Assembly (NCBI GenBank): GCA_902587735.1 | Contig: CACIML010000001.1 | Location: 1,014 to 65,013 of the forward strand | DNA: 64,000 bases | Origin: an uncultured Pelagibacteraceae bacterium | GTDB lineage: Bacteria > Pseudomonadota > Alphaproteobacteria > Pelagibacterales > Pelagibacteraceae | Direction of reading: 5' to 3' | Shown: positions 1 to 8,760 of the stretch, one piece after another | Layout of the letters: each line of letters begins with the position of its first letter | How positions within the stretch are numbered: position 1 is the stretch's first letter | Program-made: the position numbers and the translations under genes | Notes under the pieces: model-generated | The model's database searches: none | Told to the model about the DNA's origin: nothing | Seen by the model: the letters and a program-made list of their open reading frames with translations, nothing else

Positions 1-298
1 CAAAGCAAAATAAAATGAAATTTTGACCCAGTATCGAATAAGCTGCTAAAATTGAAACTAATGAGTTTCCTATTGATGCTAAGATAAAACCATATTTTCT
101 ACCAATTTTACTCATAACTTTAGTGGCCACTATCGCTCCGACTGCAATACCAACAACAGAAATTGACATTGGTAAAGTTGATAAAGATTTGATTGGACTA
201 ATGTGGGAACCAATAATTCCACTTAAAAATACAGTCACTGGAGCTGCTGTAAAACTGAAAATTTGACTTAATGTTAATATAAAAAGATTTTTATTCAT
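1..298 (-). CDS. MFS transporter, N-terminal part (truncated by window edge)
   Basis: Manual translation from ATG at 298: MNKNLFILTLSQIFSFTAAPVTVFLSGIIG...KVMSKIGRKYGF; hydrophobic helices and motif-A-like 'SKIGRK'; start overlaps stop of upstream gene. Confidence 0.75.
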   Translation of the reverse strand, partial: MNKNLFILTLSQIFSFTAAPVTVFLSGIIGSHISPIKSLSTLPMSISVVGIAVGAIVATKVMSKIGRKYGFILASIGNSLVSILAAYSILGQNFILFCF

Positions 299-1064
299 TA
301 ATGAACTCAATTAGATTTTCTGCTACTTCATTCGGTGCTTCAATTAAAAAAGAATGTTTGTATTTTGGTAAAATCACTAATTTAGAATCTTTTATTTCAT
401 TGGCCATAATTTCATTATGCTTTGGACTACAGCCACTATCATTTTCTCCTGTCAAAAGCAAACATGGTTTAGAAATATTCTTTAACCATGGAAGCATCTC
501 CGTTTTTGCATATATTTTAAAAACATTAAGAAAGACCTCAAGATCAGTATCTGCAACTTGTTTTAGTCTTCTCTGAACTAACTCAGGATTGCTTTTAATA
601 AATTCATCGGTAAACCACCTATTGGTTAAAGTTTGTAATGTTTTCTTTACTCCATTTTTTTCTATTTCATAAATTACATTCCATACTTTTTTAGAATCCT
701 CTTCTGATCTTCCAGCGACAGTTGATAATAAACCTACTGAAATTGTATGCTTAGGAAACTTTAGAGCATAAGCTGGCGCAATCATTCCTCCTAAAGAATG
801 TCCTGCAAAATGTGCTTTTTCAAATTTTGTTTTTTTTCTAATTCTTTCAAGATCAAAAACTAGTTCGTCTAGGGTAAAATTTTTATGTGTTACCGGAGAT
901 TTGCCATGACCTCTAAGATCATAAGTTACTACAGTAAAATGTTTTGATAATTTTGGTAACATATATCTCCAGGCATCTTCTGCTGCACCTATTCCATGTG
1001 TTAAAAACAAAGGTGGCCCTGATCCTATTATTGAATAGTGACAATCAACAGCTGACGATGTCAC
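291..1064 (-). CDS. Alpha/beta hydrolase (3-oxoadipate enol-lactonase-like)
   Basis: HG oxyanion motif, DLRGHG, GHSLGG nucleophile elbow, C-terminal His. Confidence 0.85.
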   Translation of the reverse strand: MTSSAVDCHYSIIGSGPPLFLTHGIGAAEDAWRYMLPKLSKHFTVVTYDLRGHGKSPVTHKNFTLDELVFDLERIRKKTKFEKAHFAGHSLGGMIAPAYALKFPKHTISVGLLSTVAGRSEEDSKKVWNVIYEIEKNGVKKTLQTLTNRWFTDEFIKSNPELVQRRLKQVADTDLEVFLNVFKIYAKTEMLPWLKNISKPCLLLTGENDSGCSPKHNEIMANEIKDSKLVILPKYKHSFLIEAPNEVAENLIEFINE

Positions 1065-1067
1065 TGT

Positions 1068-2102
1068 TTATGCTACCTGGCTGCTTGATTTTTTAAAATA
1101 AGGTATTATCTCTTCACTTATACGGTGCATTGATTCAATCATTTCATTTTGACTTTGTCCAAAGCCAGCACTTACTATTATTTCGTCAACTCCAGCTTCT
1201 GCATAAATACTTAATTTATCAATCATTTCATTTGTTGGACATATTAATAAATTTTCTGTCATTTCTTCTAAGCTTTGTTTTCTATGCAATGGTTCTATTT
1301 TGCCTTTTGTAACTACTCCTGGTCCAGTAAACATATTATCAAAGCGTTTATAATATCCGTATGCTAATTTATTTTTTTCTTGTGCGTCTTTTGAATCTTT
1401 TGCGGCAAAAGCCATTCTTTGCATAGAAAGTTTTAATAATTTTCCTTCTTCACCTAATTCAGCGCAACCTTCTTTAAATGCATTTACTCTTTCTTTTAAT
1501 AATTCTTTAGTCCCAGATAGAACTGTCGATTGTACATGAAAACCTCTTGAGGCTGCATTTTTTATACTATTAAGATCCATTGCAGCAATCATAATTGGTA
1601 CTGGATTACTTATAGGTCTAGGCATAATTGTGATTGGTTCAAAGTTATAGTATTTACCTTTATATGAAACTTCTTCTTCTTTTAATAACAACTGCAGAAC
1701 ATCTAAAGACTCAATAAATTTTTCTCTAGATAAGTCTTTTGGTGTTCCTAGCCTTTTCATTTCCCATGCAAAGGCTCCACGACCTACTCCAAGAATTAAT
1801 CTTCCCTCTGTTAAAATATCAGCAGTAGCAACTTCACCAGCATAGGTTCTCATGTCATGCAAAGGAAGAACAACAACACCAGTTGTAATTTTAATATCTT
1901 TTGTCAAAGTTGAAATCTTAACAGCCATCTGTAATGGAGAAGGCATCATTAAAAGATTTACTAAATGATGTTCGGGAATTGAAACTGTTTTGTAACCAAG
2001 TTTTTCTGCTAAGACTGCTTGATCAATCATATTTTGAAAATGAACTTTTGATCCAATTGATGGATCAGGCATATAGCTTGTCAAAAAATGGTTAAAATCC
2101 AT
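1068..2102 (-). CDS. Luciferase-like (LLM class) flavin-dependent monooxygenase
   Basis: AEKLGY..PEHH, 'AGEVATADILTEGRLILGVGRG', PRP motif. Confidence 0.9.
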   Translation of the reverse strand: MDFNHFLTSYMPDPSIGSKVHFQNMIDQAVLAEKLGYKTVSIPEHHLVNLLMMPSPLQMAVKISTLTKDIKITTGVVVLPLHDMRTYAGEVATADILTEGRLILGVGRGAFAWEMKRLGTPKDLSREKFIESLDVLQLLLKEEEVSYKGKYYNFEPITIMPRPISNPVPIMIAAMDLNSIKNAASRGFHVQSTVLSGTKELLKERVNAFKEGCAELGEEGKLLKLSMQRMAFAAKDSKDAQEKNKLAYGYYKRFDNMFTGPGVVTKGKIEPLHRKQSLEEMTENLLICPTNEMIDKLSIYAEAGVDEIIVSAGFGQSQNEMIESMHRISEEIIPYFKKSSSQVA

Positions 2103-2114
2103 AACTTAATTACA

Positions 2115-3485
2115 CTATTTTATATTAATTTTTTCTGGGAGTATACCTTTGGGTCTGTATCTCATGATTAATAATAGGCCTATTCCCATCATTAAAAATC
2201 TAAAATAAGGAACACTGTCAATCAAATGTAATTTAAATGCATTTGTATCAGCAAGGCCAGATGTAAATAAATTAATTAAAAATAATGCAATTGGTGCTGC
2301 TTCGATCCATAAAAACCAAACGGCGAAGCCACCTAAAATTGCACCAAAATTATTTCCACTTCCTCCTACAATAACCATGACCCATATTAAAAATGTATAT
2401 CTCATTGGCCTGTAACTACCAGGTGTAAACAAACCATCGTGCGTAACCATCATTGCGCCAGCAATTCCAACTATTGCTGAGCCTAAAATAAAAATTAACA
2501 AATGCTGTTTAACAACATTTTTTCCCATAGCATTCGCAGCTTCTTCGTTGTCTCTTATAGCTCGCATCATTCTACCCCATGGAGAATAAAGTGCTTTTTG
2601 TGTAATAATTAATAAAATTACTACTACAGTTAAAAAAAGTCCGGAGTAACAAATTTTTACGAATACGGAAGATGACTCAATTACTAATTGAGATAATGCA
2701 GCCTGCTTTCCTTCTGCTGTTGAAATTAAATCTAAAACTCCTCTATTCCACTTTGCAACTAAATCAATAAACCATTGTTCACTTTGAAGATTAACTTCGT
2801 ATGGAACTGGTCTCTTTAAACCGATTACATTTTTAACACCTCTAGCTAACCAATCTTCATGTTTAATAACGGCTATTACAATTTCAGAAATTAACAAAGT
2901 TGCTATTGCTAAGTAATCGGCTCTTAGCCCTAGTGCAACTTTTCCAATAATATATGCTAATCCTCCAGCAAAAAATGCTCCTACAATCCATGAAAATATA
3001 ATTGGTAATCCTAAACCTCCTAAAAAACCAGTTTTAGCAGGTTCTACTGCCTCGATTGAATGAATTGCTGGACCAGAAACTATTCTTAAAATAATTAAAC
3101 CTATAACTATTATAGAAGCTATATAAATATTTTTTTTTTTTGATTTTTGAAAATTTTTTAAAACATAACGAATGCTAAAAACAATAAGTACAATTATAAA
3201 AATACAAAAGAGCATACTTAAGCCCCCTACTTGCCAAGCTTCTCTAACTGGCGGAACTGAAACTAAAACAGCTGCTAATCCACCAAGAGCTGTATAACCC
3301 ATAATTCCAAAGTTAATTAAACCAGCATACCCCCACTGAATATTCGCTCCCATAGTCATAACGGCAGAAATTAAACATAAATTAAATATAGAAAATGCTA
3401 TGTTCCATGACTGAAAGATTCCAACCAATATGATTAAACCTATCATAATTGCGTAAGCAGTTATTACATTGGCATATTGCTTCAT
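2115..3485 (-). CDS. livM: Branched-chain amino acid-type ABC permease (LivM-like)
   Basis: GYAGLINFG, LRADYLAIATL, MRAIRDNEEAA, VIVGGSGN. Confidence 0.85.
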   Translation of the reverse strand: MKQYANVITAYAIMIGLIILVGIFQSWNIAFSIFNLCLISAVMTMGANIQWGYAGLINFGIMGYTALGGLAAVLVSVPPVREAWQVGGLSMLFCIFIIVLIVFSIRYVLKNFQKSKKKNIYIASIIVIGLIILRIVSGPAIHSIEAVEPAKTGFLGGLGLPIIFSWIVGAFFAGGLAYIIGKVALGLRADYLAIATLLISEIVIAVIKHEDWLARGVKNVIGLKRPVPYEVNLQSEQWFIDLVAKWNRGVLDLISTAEGKQAALSQLVIESSSVFVKICYSGLFLTVVVILLIITQKALYSPWGRMMRAIRDNEEAANAMGKNVVKQHLLIFILGSAIVGIAGAMMVTHDGLFTPGSYRPMRYTFLIWVMVIVGGSGNNFGAILGGFAVWFLWIEAAPIALFLINLFTSGLADTNAFKLHLIDSVPYFRFLMMGIGLLLIMRYRPKGILPEKINIK

Positions 3486-4492
3486 AAAATTTTTCCTTTA
3501 AAAATACCCGAAGGTCTAAATAATAAGACGATTACCAAAATTGAGAAGGAAACAGCAAATTTGTAATCAGTAGACAACAACTGTATTAAAGAATTGGGTT
3601 CCATGCTCTCTGGAAGAACATACATAAAAAACTTTTTGTAAGCATATGTTAAAAATATTTCTGAAAAAGCTATTACATAACCTCCTAAAAAAGCACCAAA
3701 AGGGTTTCCAATTCCTCCAACAATTGCCGCTGCAAATATTGGCAACATATTATTAAAGTAAGTGAATGGTTTAAAACTTTTATCTAAACCATACAAAACA
3801 CCTCCTATAGTTGCTAAAATTCCTGCAATCATCCAAGTAATCATTACTACTCTTTTTGGATCAATTCCGGATAATAAAGCTAAATCCTCATTATCTGAAT
3901 ATGCGCGCATACTTTTTCCTGTTTTGGTTTTGTTTAAAAACCAAAATAATATTGAAACAACTATTATGGTTAAAAATATTGTTAATACTTGCGTTGATTT
4001 GATTGTTAATCCCTCATTTAATCCTGTCATTTCTTTAAATTGATTAGCTTTGATTATAAATTTTTCACCATCAAAAAATCTTCTATCAAATGGACCGATA
4101 ATTATTCTGACTATTGCTTGTGTCACAAACATCACGCCAATGCTAACCATAGCAAGTTGAACAGGAGGGCTTTTCTTAATTCTATAATAGCTAAAAACAA
4201 ATTTATCGATAGTTAGCATATATAAAATCATAAAGACAACAGCTAAAGGAATTGCAAGTAAAGCTGTGGGCAAAACACCTAAGCTTATTCCAAGTGATTG
4301 GAAATACCATGTAAACAAAATTGCTACCATAGTGCCAAAAGACATCATGTCTCCAGTAGCAAAATTTGCAAATCTTAGAATTCCATAAATTAATGTTACA
4401 AAAATAGCTCCAAGTGCTAGTTGTGATCCATAAGCTAAAGCAGGAACAAATATATAATTTAATAATAAAATTATTGCATTTAAATAATCCAC
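3482..4492 (-). CDS. livH: Branched-chain amino acid-type ABC permease (LivH-like)
   Basis: LIYGILRFANFA, GKSMRAYSDN, IVGGIG, RPSGIF. Confidence 0.85.
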   Translation of the reverse strand: MDYLNAIILLLNYIFVPALAYGSQLALGAIFVTLIYGILRFANFATGDMMSFGTMVAILFTWYFQSLGISLGVLPTALLAIPLAVVFMILYMLTIDKFVFSYYRIKKSPPVQLAMVSIGVMFVTQAIVRIIIGPFDRRFFDGEKFIIKANQFKEMTGLNEGLTIKSTQVLTIFLTIIVVSILFWFLNKTKTGKSMRAYSDNEDLALLSGIDPKRVVMITWMIAGILATIGGVLYGLDKSFKPFTYFNNMLPIFAAAIVGGIGNPFGAFLGGYVIAFSEIFLTYAYKKFFMYVLPESMEPNSLIQLLSTDYKFAVSFSILVIVLLFRPSGIFKGKIL

Positions 4493-4493
4493 A

Positions 4494-5201
4494 TTAAGCT
4501 CCTAAAAAAGATCTTCTCACCTCTGGATCATTTAACAATTCTTTTCCTGTTCCAGAAAATTTATTTTCCCCAGTTACCAAAATATACCCTCGGTCTGAAA
4601 TATTTAATGCTTGTTTTGCATTTTGTTCGACCATTAAAATTGCAACATTTGTTTTTTTTACTTTTAAAATATGATCAAATAACTCATCCATTACTATTGG
4701 TGAAACTCCTGCAGTTGGTTCATCCAACATAAGTACAGAAGGTTTAATCATTAGTGCTCTACCTAAGGCTACTTGTTGTCTTTGGCCTCCAGACAGTTCT
4801 CCAACTAACTGAGTTTTTTTTTCACTTAATATTGGAAACAATTCATAAACTTCTTCTACAACTTTATCTAAATCTTCATTCCTTAAAAATGCACCCATTT
4901 CTAAGTTTTCTCTAACGCTTAATCCTGTAAAAACATTTCTAGTTTGAGGAACAAAAGAAATACCTTGTTTAACTCTATCTTGAGGAGATAGTTTTGAAAT
5001 ATCTATTCCATCAATTTTAACTGTACCGGATTTTAAATTAAGCAAACCCAGCATTGCTCTCATTGCTGTCGACTTGCCAGCTCCGTTAGGACCTAGGATT
5101 GCAACTATTTCACCTTTGTTAACATTGACCGAGCAAGAACTAATTATATCCGGGCCATTTCCATAACCACCAGTCATTTGATTACCTTCAAAAAAAGCCA
5201 T
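4494..5201 (-). CDS. livF: ABC ATP-binding protein (LivF-like)
   Basis: GPNGAGKST, LSGGQRQ, LDEPT, VEQN. Confidence 0.9.
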   Translation of the reverse strand: MAFFEGNQMTGGYGNGPDIISSCSVNVNKGEIVAILGPNGAGKSTAMRAMLGLLNLKSGTVKIDGIDISKLSPQDRVKQGISFVPQTRNVFTGLSVRENLEMGAFLRNEDLDKVVEEVYELFPILSEKKTQLVGELSGGQRQQVALGRALMIKPSVLMLDEPTAGVSPIVMDELFDHILKVKKTNVAILMVEQNAKQALNISDRGYILVTGENKFSGTGKELLNDPEVRRSFLGA

Positions 5202-5998
5202 TAGCTATCCTCTTTCTTTGATTTTGAACCACGACCTAAATAACTTTCAATTACTTTTTCATTTTTTTTAACTTCATCAGATGTCCCTTCAAACAAAACT
5301 GAACCTTCGGCCATCACAATTACAGGGTCACATAAGCGACTTATAAAATCCATATCATGTTCAATCATACAGAAAGTGTAACCTTGTTCTTTATTAAGTC
5401 TTAAAATTGCTGTTCCTATATCTTTTAACAACGTTCGATTAACTCCGGCCCCTACTTCGTCTAATAAAACCAATTTTGCATCAACCATCATGGTTCTTCC
5501 AAGTTCAAGTAATTTTTTTTGTCCACCTGATAAATTTCCTGCAAGTTCATTTGCTAAATGTTTAAGACTTAAAAATTCTATTACTTTAAGAGCCTTTTGT
5601 TTAATTTCTTCTTCTTCTTTTTTAATTAACTTTGGTTTAAGCAAAGCATTCGCAAGATTTTCTCCAGATTGATTTCCGGGTACCATCATTAAGTTTTCAA
5701 GTACTGTTAAGTTAGTAAATTCATGTGCAATTTGAAAAGTTCTTAGCAAACCTTTTGAAAATAGTTCGTAAGAAGGAACATCGGTAATATTTTCATTATT
5801 GAACATAACACTTCCTTTAGAAGTTTTTAAATTTCCAGCAATTAAATTAAATAATGTTGTTTTTCCTGAACCATTAGGACCAATTATTCCAGTAATAGAT
5901 CCTCTTTTAATCTTTAAAGAACAATCAGATACAGCCGCTAAACCTCCAAAATATTTAGAAAGATTATTTATTTGCAGAATATTTGAATCTGACTGCAT
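5201..5998 (-). CDS. livG: ABC ATP-binding protein (LivG-like)
   Basis: FGGLAAV, GPNGSGKTT, LSGGQ, IEHDM, ESYLG. Confidence 0.9.
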   Translation of the reverse strand: MQSDSNILQINNLSKYFGGLAAVSDCSLKIKRGSITGIIGPNGSGKTTLFNLIAGNLKTSKGSVMFNNENITDVPSYELFSKGLLRTFQIAHEFTNLTVLENLMMVPGNQSGENLANALLKPKLIKKEEEEIKQKALKVIEFLSLKHLANELAGNLSGGQKKLLELGRTMMVDAKLVLLDEVGAGVNRTLLKDIGTAILRLNKEQGYTFCMIEHDMDFISRLCDPVIVMAEGSVLFEGTSDEVKKNEKVIESYLGRGSKSKKEDS

Positions 5999-6005
5999 AG
6001 AAAAA

Positions 6006-6776
6006 CTATACTTTGTTTAATCTTTTAAGAATACTACTTAATGTTTTATTAGTTGCTTTATAGAATCCGGCTTTTCTTAGTTCTTTAACTCCTTGTTCGT
6101 TAAGACCTTTTGGAGTTTGAGAATCTTTAACTAAATATTTTAAATTTTTTTTAGAATTTACAACTGCATCTTCAGATAAAGCGACAAAAAGAGAAGTAAT
6201 ATATTTTTGAGCTTTATCTCTTTTAACTCCACGTTTAACTAACCAGTTAGACATTGTATTTAACAATTCGTAAAAAGGTGCCATCATTCCAGATGTAGAC
6301 CAAAAGTTTTTTGAAAGTTTTTCATTTGTAATTTCAACAGTTGTTCCAAGTTTATTAAAAAAATTTTTCACTTTTTTATTTGGTGGAAAAATTGGAACGG
6401 GTCCTTTTTTTAAAGAAATTGGTGGTAATGGTATGGCTCTTATTATTTTTACATTTACTTTAATAGCTTGTTTAAGTTGAGCCAAAGTCATTGTCGAAAT
6501 AAAACTAATAACAGTTTGACTTGATTTAAATTTTAAATGTTTAATAATTTTTTCACCAACATTTGGGGTAACAGCTAAAAAAATCCAATTACAAGAATTG
6601 ATTATTTCCTGGTTATTTTTTGCAATAGCTACTTTTTTAAATTTTCTTTTAAGATTTCTAGCTACGTTTCTATTTCTTGGTGATAAAATTATTTTTTTGA
6701 AAGATATTTTTGATCCACATATGCCGGTAACTACCGATGATGTTATTTTTCCTGTTCCTATAAAACCTAATTTCAT
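6006..6776 (-). CDS. proC: Pyrroline-5-carboxylate reductase-like
   Basis: GFIGTGKI Rossmann motif, LAV.P, SQTPKGLNEQG. Confidence 0.75.
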   Translation of the reverse strand: MKLGFIGTGKITSSVVTGICGSKISFKKIILSPRNRNVARNLKRKFKKVAIAKNNQEIINSCNWIFLAVTPNVGEKIIKHLKFKSSQTVISFISTMTLAQLKQAIKVNVKIIRAIPLPPISLKKGPVPIFPPNKKVKNFFNKLGTTVEITNEKLSKNFWSTSGMMAPFYELLNTMSNWLVKRGVKRDKAQKYITSLFVALSEDAVVNSKKNLKYLVKDSQTPKGLNEQGVKELRKAGFYKATNKTLSSILKRLNKV

Positions 6777-6813
6777 TATTAAGTGATATATTTAGAATTT
6801 TTTTGTGAGAAAG

Positions 6814-6860
6814 GATAGTCCTAAAAAACCGAGAGCTAAAGATGGCTAGATAGGACTATC
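6814..6860. repeat. Perfect 10-bp inverted repeat (hairpin) in divergent intergenic region
   Basis: GATAGTCCTA (6814-6823) and TAGGACTATC (6851-6860), 27-nt loop. Confidence 0.7.
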
Positions 6861-6929
6861 TATTGACTATGTTATCATCTTGATTAAAAAAAAGCATTAA
6901 TCAATTTTTTTAAAAATATCAAAAAATCT

Positions 6930-7220
6930 ATGAAAAAAGGTCACAGTCCAGTAACTAGAGTTAAAAATCCAGAGCCAAACATCAAAAGTCCAGATTGGGT
7001 TATATGGGCAGCTTGGGCTGATAGAATTACTTTTGAAGAAATTAAAAAAAAGACTGGGATGTCAGAATCTGAAGTTATTAAAGTTATGAGAAAAACTTTA
7101 AAACCTAATTCTTTTAAACTGTGGAGAAAAAGAGTTCGTACAAAGAGTCTTAAACATAGAAAAAAATTTGAATATGAAAGAAAAAAAGTTAGTAATAACA
7201 AAATTAATGATTATAAATAA
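6930..7220 (+). CDS. TIGR03643/DUF2805-like protein
   Basis: AWADRITFEEI...SESEVIKVMR..LKPNSFKLWRKRV. Confidence 0.8.
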   Translation: MKKGHSPVTRVKNPEPNIKSPDWVIWAAWADRITFEEIKKKTGMSESEVIKVMRKTLKPNSFKLWRKRVRTKSLKHRKKFEYERKKVSNNKINDYK

Positions 7221-7223
7221 ATT

Positions 7224-7478
7224 ATGAAAAATGTAACTGTCTACATGGGTCCAAGATGTGCTTTTTGTGATGCTGCTAAAAGATTATTAACTAGAAATAG
7301 TATCACCTACAAAGAAATAAATATTGCACTTGAAGAGGGCAAAATGGATGAGATGTTAAAAAAATCCAACGGTAAAAGAACTATTCCACAAATATTTTTT
7401 GATGATTACCATGTAGGTGGTTTTGAAGAGTTAAGAGCTTTAGAAAAAGAAAATAAGTTACTAAAATTATTAAAATAA
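7224..7478 (+). CDS. grxC: Glutaredoxin 3
   Basis: CAFC active site, TIPQIF, VGGF. Confidence 0.9.
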   Translation: MKNVTVYMGPRCAFCDAAKRLLTRNSITYKEINIALEEGKMDEMLKKSNGKRTIPQIFFDDYHVGGFEELRALEKENKLLKLLK

Positions 7479-7483
7479 ACTTA

Positions 7484-7852
7484 TTAAATTTTTTCTTTAA
7501 AAATTAAGCATACACCATTATTACAATATCTTTTTCCAGTAGGTTGTGGTCCATCATCAAATATATGCCCATGGTGGCCACCACAATTTTTACAATGATA
7601 TTCTGTTCTTGGGTAACCTAAATGATGATCTGTTTTTGTTTCAAAAACCCCAGGCAAAGATTTAAAAAAAGATGGCCAGCCTGAACCACTTTCATACTTA
7701 GTATTTGAATTAAAAAGTTTTATTCCACAGTTTACACAATGATAGCTTCCTTCACGTTTTTCATTATTTAATTTACTAGAACCAGGTGCTTCAGTTTCTT
7801 CTTTGAATAAAATTAATTTTTGTTCAGAGGTTAAATTTTTATTATTTGACAT
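7484..7852 (-). CDS. msrB: Methionine-R-sulfoxide reductase
   Basis: KYESGSGWPSF, GHIFDDGP, RYCNN, two CxxC. Confidence 0.95.
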   Translation of the reverse strand: MSNNKNLTSEQKLILFKEETEAPGSSKLNNEKREGSYHCVNCGIKLFNSNTKYESGSGWPSFFKSLPGVFETKTDHHLGYPRTEYHCKNCGGHHGHIFDDGPQPTGKRYCNNGVCLIFKEKI

Positions 7853-8750
7853 TGTTAATATTTTTTTTGTTTGAAAGAGTTATTCCAGAAATTATAAATA
7901 TTGCTCCAAGAAAATGGTAAAACATAAATTTTTCATCAAATATTATCATTGCCATTATTGCTCCAAAGATTGGCATTAAATGTAAAAAAATTCCAGCCCT
8001 GTTAGCTCCAATTAAAGCAATACCTTTGATCCAAAAAAAGAAAGAAGCAAGTCCCGGAAAAATCACTACGTAAGTTAAAGTTAAATAAAATGGTTTTTCT
8101 AATTTAATCATGTGTCCCATATTCATTTCGATAAAATAAATAGGTATTAAAAATATTAATCCACAGATTATCACAATTTGAAGTAACGTAATTTGAGATA
8201 CTTCATAACTTTTTTTCTTTAAAAGGGCTGAATAAATTGCCCAAGAAAACATTGCAACTATCATTGTTAAGTCACCTCTGTTGAATTCTAAATTTTTTAA
8301 TATGTCTATGTTTGCTTTACTAATGATAAAAACCACTCCAATTAATGATAAAATTACACCAAAAATTTGAAAAACATTTGTTTTTTCAATATTTAATAAT
8401 GACGAAATAAATATAATCCACACAGGAATTGTTGAAATCATTAAAACTCCACTAATCACTTGTGTATAATATAAAGAGTAATAAACAATTGAATTAAAGA
8501 TTGTAATACTTGTTATTCCTAAAATTATAAAAAAACCAACATTAGCAAAGATATAATTTTTTTTTCTAATTAATTCTTTAATTGTAAATGGCATTAAAAT
8601 TAAACAAGCAAAAAACCATCTATAAAAATTAAGAGAAAAAGGTGGAATTTCATAAATACTCGCGGCCTTACCAACAATAAAATTTCCTGACCAAAAAATT
8701 GTTGTTAAAATTAGCAATAAATATGCTAAACTATTTTTGCTTTTCTGCAT
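7842..8750 (-). CDS. DMT/EamA family transporter
   Basis: FWSGNFIVGK, ten hydrophobic segments, duplicated EamA pattern. Confidence 0.85.
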   Translation of the reverse strand: MQKSKNSLAYLLLILTTIFWSGNFIVGKAASIYEIPPFSLNFYRWFFACLILMPFTIKELIRKKNYIFANVGFFIILGITSITIFNSIVYYSLYYTQVISGVLMISTIPVWIIFISSLLNIEKTNVFQIFGVILSLIGVVFIISKANIDILKNLEFNRGDLTMIVAMFSWAIYSALLKKKSYEVSQITLLQIVIICGLIFLIPIYFIEMNMGHMIKLEKPFYLTLTYVVIFPGLASFFFWIKGIALIGANRAGIFLHLMPIFGAIMAMIIFDEKFMFYHFLGAIFIISGITLSNKKNINNVK

Positions 8751-8760
8751 TTGTTATTAT

